From: a virus
Lineage: Duplodnaviria > Caudoviricetes
IMG/VR virus record: IMGVR_UViG_3300005582_000033
Span: 1 to 38,447 of that record
Reading direction: 5' to 3' (one strand)
Length of the DNA: 38,447 nucleotides
Each line of letters starts with the position of its first letter. Position 1 is the first letter of the stretch. The notes under the pieces are model-generated. The model ran no database searches. It saw only the letters and a list, made by a program, of their open reading frames with translations, and was not told the origin of the DNA. The position numbers were made by a program, and so were the translations under genes. Positions 32,149-38,447 of the stretch are shown piece by piece.

Positions 32149-33155
32149 AGCGAGAGTCCGGTGGCGGCGTCCCACGCGGGAGATCCGTCGGACTTGGCGT
32201 AAGGCCACCACTCGGTGACGGTCAGCTTTGGCGACGAGGTCAATACCACGGAGTAGTCAGGAATGGCCACCCTGATGGGTATCACCAACGTGCTGGAGGA
32301 CAAGACGACTTCCGCTGACCCGTTGCTGGCCTCCGATCCGAACATGGAGGTGAAGTCGTACGTGTTTGAGATGTTCCTCCAACTGATCCCGGGGTAAAGC
32401 GTAGCTGCCGGATCAAAAGGCGAGTCAGCTCCGATAAATGCGACCTGCGGATTAAAAACAAAATCGGACGTGTCTCCATCATACGAAGTCTCATCATAAT
32501 AGGATATACTCCCATCCTCCTCCTCAAAATATGTACGCTCCTCTGTCACGCGATAAGGCCCATAGGCACTCGGGGCAGACACATTGTAGGAGCCGCTATT
32601 TTCGGCGTAGTGGTTAGCCCCTACTTGAGTGTGAGGGGAGTATGCTGATGGCTGTAAATACTGAAATGGTTGATCAATATCTACGAGATTAACAACTCCT
32701 GTATCCGGCCACATGCAAAACTCGTCCTCCGCGTCATGGTAATCACCAAAAGCCGAAGAATATTCATCTGTATAAACAGGACCACAATGGTGCTTAAGCC
32801 ACCCTTCGTTCGTTGAGGTTGAAGAGAACGTATGTCCACGACGAATCCTTTGCGCCCAGCCGTCTTCACCAGACTGCTCTTGTTGGAAGTTGTGGGCCGG
32901 TGGCGAGCTCGCGTTGAACATACCGGTATATCTTATCCTAAAAGCCTCAGTTTCGTATTCCGCAGTATATTCGCCGCCAGAGATTATCGTGTTTCTCACA
33001 CGGTAGAAAATCTCAGCGATCTGGTCGAGGGTCGCTACCACCGGATAGGCCGTGCCATCACCACATGCGACCTTGCCCGTGGATGGAGTTCCAGTCGTCA
33101 GCTCCCCCTTCCGGTAGGTGACGTGGCTGTCAATGGTATTGACCTGAACCCCCAT
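32145..33155 (-). CDS. Hypothetical protein, 336 aa, with an AT-rich variable centre; possible tail/receptor-binding accessory
   Basis: ATG 33155 overlaps the upstream stop (TAATG). S/T/Y/D-rich beta composition; its stop overlaps the convergent stop of 31867-32148. Confidence 0.7.
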   Translation of the reverse strand: MGVQVNTIDSHVTYRKGELTTGTPSTGKVACGDGTAYPVVATLDQIAEIFYRVRNTIISGGEYTAEYETEAFRIRYTGMFNASSPPAHNFQQEQSGEDGWAQRIRRGHTFSSTSTNEGWLKHHCGPVYTDEYSSAFGDYHDAEDEFCMWPDTGVVNLVDIDQPFQYLQPSAYSPHTQVGANHYAENSGSYNVSAPSAYGPYRVTEERTYFEEEDGSISYYDETSYDGDTSDFVFNPQVAFIGADSPFDPAATLYPGISWRNISNTYDFTSMFGSEASNGSAEVVLSSSTLVIPIRVAIPDYSVVLTSSPKLTVTEWWPYAKSDGSPAWDAATGLSL

Positions 33156-33772
33156 TACAGTGACGAGCCTCCGGTTGTTTCCGGCCACAGGCAGAAGCTG
33201 CCGTTGATGATGCGGCGGATCAAAGAAAGGTTGCCCGTCCGGCGTTGGATGAATTCCGACGTGGGCTCCGCGCCATCCTCGCCGGGGACGCTCATCACCT
33301 CTCCCAGCAGGACGTTGGACCATTCCACGAACTCATCAGCATTGTCCCGGTTGGTAGGGTCTTTGGTGTTGCCCGTGATCTCGATCTTGAACTCGACCAG
33401 TCCGCCGCCAGCATTCTGCTTGATGCAAGCGTAGGCGAACTTGCCGCCGCCGGTCGTGTCTTCCGCCACGTCAACATTGGTGCCGAGCGGGAACTGGTAG
33501 CTTCCGTGGCCGATGGTGATCTTTCCGGCATCGGCGTCATACGACCCCAAGAAGGTGCCGCTCAATCCTTCATCCGCCTCCACGATGGCGAGCGGCATGG
33601 CGATGACCTCGAAAATCTGGTTGAAGCCACTGACTCCCGAAGGAAAGACGACGTTCTGGCGGGTCTTTCCGGCGAAAAGCAGGTCGAGCGTTTTGAATTC
33701 GCGCTCCAGATTGAAGAGTCGGGATTCCGCTCCGGCGATGGCAGATTCGAGTCGTGACGTGTCCGCTTCCAT
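33155..33772 (-). CDS. Hypothetical protein, 205 aa, N-terminal coiled coil plus beta domain
   Basis: Protein-like ORF with GC3-rich codons on the minus strand; translationally coupled to 32145-33155. Confidence 0.7.
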   Translation of the reverse strand: MEADTSRLESAIAGAESRLFNLEREFKTLDLLFAGKTRQNVVFPSGVSGFNQIFEVIAMPLAIVEADEGLSGTFLGSYDADAGKITIGHGSYQFPLGTNVDVAEDTTGGGKFAYACIKQNAGGGLVEFKIEITGNTKDPTNRDNADEFVEWSNVLLGEVMSVPGEDGAEPTSEFIQRRTGNLSLIRRIINGSFCLWPETTGGSSL

Positions 33773-33859
33773 GCTTTGAATATGGCATTTCCGAAAAATT
33801 TAGCAAAGCCTAAGATTCTTAGCTTTACAAAAGATCAAGGTTATGAGACGAATCCCCAC
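33773..33859. promoter_or_regulatory. AT-rich divergent promoter region
   Basis: Strongly AT-rich 87-nt gap between the divergent ATGs at 33772 (-) and 33860 (+). Individual boxes are not confidently assignable. Confidence 0.5.
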
Positions 33860-34870
33860 ATGGCAGACAATCAGGCGGAAGCCGATCAAACTGACGAAAC
33901 GGTCGCGGATCCATTCGATGCCGCGAATTCCCAAAATAATGGGACTACCGACCTGTCCAACTACGAGGACGAGATCGAAGCGATGAAGCAAGGCGGAGAA
34001 ATCCAACTTGGCGACGACGAAGAGCAGGAGCAATCCGCCGACGACGAAGCCGATGCCTTTGACGATTTCGCCGCCGATCTGGATGATGAAACATCCGAGG
34101 AGGAAGAAACCGACGAGGATGAGCCAGGCGCGAAATCGCAGGAGCGTTTCCGATTCAAGTCCGACGACGACAAGGCCGTTGCCGCCATCGCGAAAGCGAA
34201 AGGCGTGTCCCTGGTCGAAGCCGCGCGGATTTATTCGGGAGAGCAACCGCAGGCCCGCGCCGAGGAAACGACCCGGCAACAGCAATCGGCACCGTCCGAA
34301 ACCCTGTCCGTCGTCGAATCCGAGCTCGATGCGCTTTACGAGAAGAAGGATGCCGCCATTCGAGCGATCGACGTGGACGAGCAAGCCGAGCTTGAGAAGC
34401 AAATCCGTCAGCTTGAGAAAAAGGCCCGCGTGATGGCGATCACCGAGGCGGAGCAATCCGCCCGTGCCGCCCAATCGCAACTGGAACAGGATCAGCAGAA
34501 CTTCGATGCGTCGTGGGATTTCTCCCGCAACCGCTACCCGGAACTGAACGACCCGAACAGTGCCATGTATAAGGAAGTTGCCCGACTCGATGCAGAAATG
34601 CAGGAGCTTGGCGACCCGCTGGCAAACGATCCGAAACGTCTCTGGGATTTGGCAAAACGCGCCGGGCTCAACACCCGCACGCCGATGACCAAGGCTCGCG
34701 AATCTTCCCCCCCTAAAAAGGGCAGAACTGGTAGTCCAATCCAACCCGCCTCGGGCAACCGCGGCACAACCTCCGCCGATTCAAACCAACGGTTTGAGCA
34801 GCAGGTTGAAGGACTCCAGACGCTTGACGAATACGAGGAATCGGTTCGGCTGATGTTTGGAAGGGTCTGA
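33860..34870 (+). CDS. Capsid scaffolding protein, 336 aa
   Basis: Very acidic N-terminus, coiled-coil middle, basic/Pro linker and short C-terminal helix; directly upstream of the capsid gene. ATG 33860 is preferred over 33776. Confidence 0.75.
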   Translation: MADNQAEADQTDETVADPFDAANSQNNGTTDLSNYEDEIEAMKQGGEIQLGDDEEQEQSADDEADAFDDFAADLDDETSEEEETDEDEPGAKSQERFRFKSDDDKAVAAIAKAKGVSLVEAARIYSGEQPQARAEETTRQQQSAPSETLSVVESELDALYEKKDAAIRAIDVDEQAELEKQIRQLEKKARVMAITEAEQSARAAQSQLEQDQQNFDASWDFSRNRYPELNDPNSAMYKEVARLDAEMQELGDPLANDPKRLWDLAKRAGLNTRTPMTKARESSPPKKGRTGSPIQPASGNRGTTSADSNQRFEQQVEGLQTLDEYEESVRLMFGRV

Positions 34871-34961
34871 CGGCTACTGAGCAATTCCATTGGTGGAAAC
34901 TAGGCGGGTTCTCCGCTCCCGCGAGGGGGCACAACCCCAACCAACCAACCAAACCACCATT

Positions 34962-36461
34962 ATGGCTGCATACATTCAAACGTCGCCCAACACCGCGACA
35001 ACCCTCGGCTTCTCCGGCGATACCGCCACCGGGAAGATCGCAAACGTTCGCCAACTCTGGAAAAAAGGAGCGATCCTTGCAGAGCAAAACGAAGACTTCT
35101 TCCAGCAAATGGAAGGCCGCGGCGAGAAATCGCTAATCTGGGCTCAATCCGACCTTTCCAAAGGCGAAGGTTCGATCCTGAACTTCACCACTCAAGCTGG
35201 CTTTTACGGACGCGGCAAAAAGGGTGATTCTCTGTTCGAGACTTCGACCGATTACGAAACCATCCGGCAAGGTAACTTCCAGCTCAAGATCGACTTCCTG
35301 CGTAACGCAGTGCGGACGAACAAGCGCATGGAGGAACTCATGGGCATGAAGGGCGACATCGAGAGCGGCGTGAACGTCGAACTCGGGAAATGGCTCGGCC
35401 GCCAGAAGACCACCCAGGTCTTCGCAATGTTCGCCCACAAGCTCCCTGCCGCCAACGTGCTTTACGCCGGTGGCAAGCAGTTGAACACCCTTAAAACGGC
35501 GGACATTTTCCGCTGGGACGAAGCGGTGATCGCCGGCCACACCCTCATGCCGATGGGCGGCATTCCTGCGGAAATCCAGAAGAAAGGACTGGATCCAATC
35601 CTCTCCCAAACCTTCGTTTCCGCCACGACCAACCTGCTTGGTTTCAAACTCGACAGTGCTTACAAACAAGTTCTTCGCGAAGGCGATGTGCGTGGTCAGA
35701 ACAACACTATCTTCCGTGGCGGTTATCCGTCCATTGATGGTCACACCATCGTTCCTTATAACCCCATCAACCATGATGGCGTTGGACCAATGGGATCGTT
35801 CCTCAACCCGCTCGCCTATCTGGGCAACGCGGCGTTGACGGCTGGCACCACGGCCCGAACCGTTTACGGAGGCGGCAATGCAACCGATCACACGGAAGCT
35901 GACTACTTCGAGTATTTCGCAGGAGCGCCGTTCACATTTATCGACACGGGAGCGGTTGACGCGACGGCATTCCGCTCCGGCACCAAGTATTTCATCATCT
36001 ACAACACCACCGGTGCTGACGCTGGCAAGTGGGGGATGTATGCTTATGAAAACTACGCAGCAGCAACAGCGGGCAACCAAGGATCCAGCATCATCTGTTC
36101 CGCGCACCTTGGCGTTGCTAGTTCCGGCGTGGCAGTTACCACCCTTGGCGGTGTGACATGGGATGCAGCTCTCAACACCGGTGCCCACCCGCTCGGCTCG
36201 TTGATCTTCCCGTGCAACTCGTTCGGGGTGCCAATCGGTTCCACGCTCGTCATGGGTCGCTCCGCAATCCTCCGGGGTTACGGTTCGCTCCGCGCCGATC
36301 ACACGATGGACACGCTCAACGGCAAGTTCATCACCGACCGTTACATCACGTCGATCTTCGGACAGACGTTCAAGAAAGACCGCCTCGACCGCGTGATCTC
36401 CGCATTGCGGATTGACCACGCGATCAGCATTCCAGGCGTCTCCCTGCCAACCCGCTCCTAA
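34962..36461 (+). CDS. Major capsid protein, N4-gp56/DUF4043-like, 499 aa
   Basis: DLSKGEGSILNFT...GKKGD, LKIDFLRNAV, N-x-I-F-x-G motif (NTIFRGG); position after the scaffold; C/A-rich leader before ATG 34962. Confidence 0.85.
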   Translation: MAAYIQTSPNTATTLGFSGDTATGKIANVRQLWKKGAILAEQNEDFFQQMEGRGEKSLIWAQSDLSKGEGSILNFTTQAGFYGRGKKGDSLFETSTDYETIRQGNFQLKIDFLRNAVRTNKRMEELMGMKGDIESGVNVELGKWLGRQKTTQVFAMFAHKLPAANVLYAGGKQLNTLKTADIFRWDEAVIAGHTLMPMGGIPAEIQKKGLDPILSQTFVSATTNLLGFKLDSAYKQVLREGDVRGQNNTIFRGGYPSIDGHTIVPYNPINHDGVGPMGSFLNPLAYLGNAALTAGTTARTVYGGGNATDHTEADYFEYFAGAPFTFIDTGAVDATAFRSGTKYFIIYNTTGADAGKWGMYAYENYAAATAGNQGSSIICSAHLGVASSGVAVTTLGGVTWDAALNTGAHPLGSLIFPCNSFGVPIGSTLVMGRSAILRGYGSLRADHTMDTLNGKFITDRYITSIFGQTFKKDRLDRVISALRIDHAISIPGVSLPTRS

Positions 36462-36473
36462 TCGAGCACAACC

Positions 36474-36518
36474 GGCGGCGGGGGATTCGTCCCCTGCCGC
36501 CCACCCCTTTCCTTTTTT
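36474..36518 (+). terminator. Terminator-like hairpin after the capsid gene
   Basis: 12-bp stem GGCGGCGGGGGA / TCCCCTGCCGCC (one G-U) with a UUCG loop, followed by CACCCCTTTCCTTTTTT. Confidence 0.75.
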
Positions 36519-37250
36519 ATGAAAAATTCCGCCACCACCTTCCTTATTTTCATCGCCAGCCCGGTCCGCGCTTACGAATACCCGCGCATCGAGGGATTTG
36601 TCCACTCCACCGAGTTCAAGGACATCCTCGACGCATCCGGCAAGCCGCTGGGCGAGCGGTATGTCTATCTCGGCCGCGAACTGACGCTTGAGGAATTCAA
36701 CGACGCCGCCGCCAAAGTGTTCGCGCCGACGTTCGCCGGTGAAGAGCGGAATTTCCAACCGCTTGCCATCAACCCGGAAGTGGTCGCCGAATTCAAGGCC
36801 AAGCGCGATGCGGATGCCGCTGCCGCGCAAGCTGCCCGCGACAAGGCGTTCGCCGACCTGGTGGCCGCAGGTGAAGCGCAAGAAACCGCCTCCACCGATG
36901 CCGCCCGCGCCGCCGCCGAAAAGGAAGTGGAAGACCGCGAAATCGCCCGCAAGTCGCGCGAAGCCGTTCTTGCCGCAACCAAGCGTCTCGACGCCGAAAA
37001 CGCCGCCGAACAGAAGCGGGTCGCCGCCGAAGAAGCCAAAGCGATCGCCGCGCCAGTCGCTAGGCCGAAAGCCCCGGTCGCCGATGGATCCGCCCTCGAA
37101 TTCACCCTCGACGGCAAGAACATCATGCACGCCGGCGAGCGCGTCGGCGGACTTTTCGGCGATGATCGGCAGCTCCGCGTCACCGCCGCCCATTCCAATC
37201 TCCGTCCACAAATCGAAGCATGGCTTCAATCCCAACTCCAACCTGCCTAA
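36519..37250 (+). CDS. Hypothetical protein with an Ala/Glu/Lys-rich coiled-coil middle, 243 aa
   Basis: ORF directly after the capsid terminator; GC3-rich codons. Confidence 0.75.
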   Translation: MKNSATTFLIFIASPVRAYEYPRIEGFVHSTEFKDILDASGKPLGERYVYLGRELTLEEFNDAAAKVFAPTFAGEERNFQPLAINPEVVAEFKAKRDADAAAAQAARDKAFADLVAAGEAQETASTDAARAAAEKEVEDREIARKSREAVLAATKRLDAENAAEQKRVAAEEAKAIAAPVARPKAPVADGSALEFTLDGKNIMHAGERVGGLFGDDRQLRVTAAHSNLRPQIEAWLQSQLQPA

Positions 37251-37253
37251 ACC

Positions 37254-38066
37254 ATGAGCGCCTCATCCGACTACCTCGAAAAGAAACTGCTAGACCATCT
37301 CTTAGTCAATACCTCCTACGCGGGTGAAACCACCCTGTATCTCGGGTTGTTCACCGCTGATCCCGGTGAAAGCGGCGTTACCAGCGAATTCACCATCGCC
37401 ACCGGTGCCTATGCCCGGATCCCCATCACCAACAACGAGACGAATTTTCCGCCGTGCGCTGGCACAGGCGTTCCGACCAAGACCAACGGCACCTTGCTTT
37501 CATTTCCGCAAGCGACGACCGCATGGGGCATTGCGACGCATTGGGCGATTTACAACGCGGCGTCAGCAGGCGACATGATCGCGCACGGTGCGCTGGCGGC
37601 TAGTTTCTCCGTCCAAATTGGCAACACCCCGAAAATTCCGATCGGCGCGTTGTCTTTCACCATCGGCAATGCTGCCGGTGGCGGGATCACCGATTACTCG
37701 AAGCGCAAACTGCTCGACCTTACTTTCGGCAAGACGGCGTTCACTTCTCCGGCTGGGGTTTATCTCGGTCTTGGAACTGCGATCGCGGGAGAGATTCCGA
37801 CCGCTTGGACGGATGCGAACTACACCCGCCAGCTAGCCGCGTTCACCGCGACGACGCTCGGAGCGGGAACCTGCCCCAACGCCACCACGGAAACCTTCGC
37901 CGGGGCAGGGGCGGCGACCGGCGGAACGCTCACCCACTACGGCATTTGGGATAGCGTGTCGGCGGGCAACCTGCTTGTCAGCGGCCCGCTCAATAGCTCC
38001 GTGGTGGTCGCCGCCGCCGATACGGCTGACCTCGCCTCCGGCGGAGTCGTTGTGACCCTCCAGTAA
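37254..38066 (+). CDS. Phage tail/structural protein with two tandem copies of a beta-domain, 270 aa
   Basis: SDYLEKKLLD...LYLGLFT...YARI...THWAIYNAASAG, repeated as TDYSKRKLLD...VYLGLGT...YTRQ...THYGIWDSVSAG. Confidence 0.8.
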   Translation: MSASSDYLEKKLLDHLLVNTSYAGETTLYLGLFTADPGESGVTSEFTIATGAYARIPITNNETNFPPCAGTGVPTKTNGTLLSFPQATTAWGIATHWAIYNAASAGDMIAHGALAASFSVQIGNTPKIPIGALSFTIGNAAGGGITDYSKRKLLDLTFGKTAFTSPAGVYLGLGTAIAGEIPTAWTDANYTRQLAAFTATTLGAGTCPNATTETFAGAGAATGGTLTHYGIWDSVSAGNLLVSGPLNSSVVVAAADTADLASGGVVVTLQ

Positions 38067-38075
38067 TCTCCGATC

Positions 38076-38447
38076 ATGTTCACCATCACCGGCGACACAA
38101 CCAGCGGAAACGCTACGATTCTCACAGTGCCAAGCACTGCGGGAATCGTCCTCAATCAGGCGTTGTCAGGTTCGGGGATACAGGCAGGAGCGCGGGTTTT
38201 GTCCTTTGTTGCTAATACGTCGGTAACGATGACGCTCACGGCCAGCGCAACAGCAAACGGAGTAACTATCAACGTCGCGCTTTTGAATTACATCACATTC
38301 TCTCCGTCTTCATCGCTTGCTGCGGCGGTTTTGTTGTCTGCCGCGAGTTTGATTTCCTTTAGCCCAGCTTCGTCTCTCAACGGTTCACTGGCGATGACCG
38401 TCGCGAAAACGGTCGCGGTTGGTGCTCGTCCAGCTTCGTCTCTCAAC
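38076..38447 (+). CDS. Tail-fibre-like protein, truncated by the window end
   Basis: MFTITGDTTSGNATILTVPSTAGIVLNQALSGSGIQAGARV... open to the end, with S/A-rich repeats FSPSSSL, FSPASSLN, RPASSLN. Confidence 0.65.
   Translation, partial: MFTITGDTTSGNATILTVPSTAGIVLNQALSGSGIQAGARVLSFVANTSVTMTLTASATANGVTINVALLNYITFSPSSSLAAAVLLSAASLISFSPASSLNGSLAMTVAKTVAVGARPASSLN
38364..38447 (+). repeat. 18-bp direct repeat CCAGCTTCGTCTCTCAAC (38364-38381, 38430-38447)
   Basis: Read directly; the second copy is the last 18 nt of the window. Confidence 0.85.

Noticed and set aside
35133-37241. 702-aa antisense ORF
   Set aside because: Shadow of the capsid gene and the following gene; it crosses a terminator and has no protein-like features.
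38364-38447. Terminal 18-bp repeat as an att site or genome terminal repeat
   Set aside because: It encodes an in-frame PASSLN peptide repeat within a tail gene; more likely a coding repeat at which the assembly or window ends.
1-38447. Virion RNA polymerase (N4-like) as the identity of the giant ORF; integrase, tRNA or CRISPR features
   Set aside because: No RNA polymerase catalytic motifs were recognised in the 7210-aa protein. No integrase, tRNA cloverleaf or repeat-spacer array was seen by eye, though a divergent one cannot be excluded without searches.

Overview
The whole window is a GC-rich tailed-phage (podovirus-like) genome segment, with no host housekeeping genes, RNA genes or CRISPR arrays. 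From left to right it contains: a leftward array of eight tiny early-type genes ending at a terminator (124-2494); terminase small and large subunits; a 707-aa disordered protein; a giant 7210-aa polyvalent internal-virion-type protein (7902-29534); a portal; an inverted two-gene cassette; a scaffold; an N4-gp56-like major capsid protein; and tail genes. The giant ORF is the highlight. It is punctuated by ten copies of a protein-level motif, L-x-A-G-P-[LI], which mostly fall between recognisable modules: a DarB-like methylase-helicase, a second SAM-methyltransferase, a ParB/Srx-like domain, a possible ART-like domain, a zeta-toxin-like kinase, two ART-PolyVal-like domains and a C-terminal ejection-protein-like region. 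It also carries two paralogous EExxH zincin-like domains. Together this suggests a self-processing polyprotein. Three of its low-complexity linkers hide protein-like nested ORFs in the +1 frame, one directly after the zeta-toxin domain, and these are candidate antitoxin or immunity genes. A 45-aa mini-gene that duplicates the portal N-terminal segment is wedged between the giant gene and the portal. All family assignments come from motifs read by eye; no database search was run.
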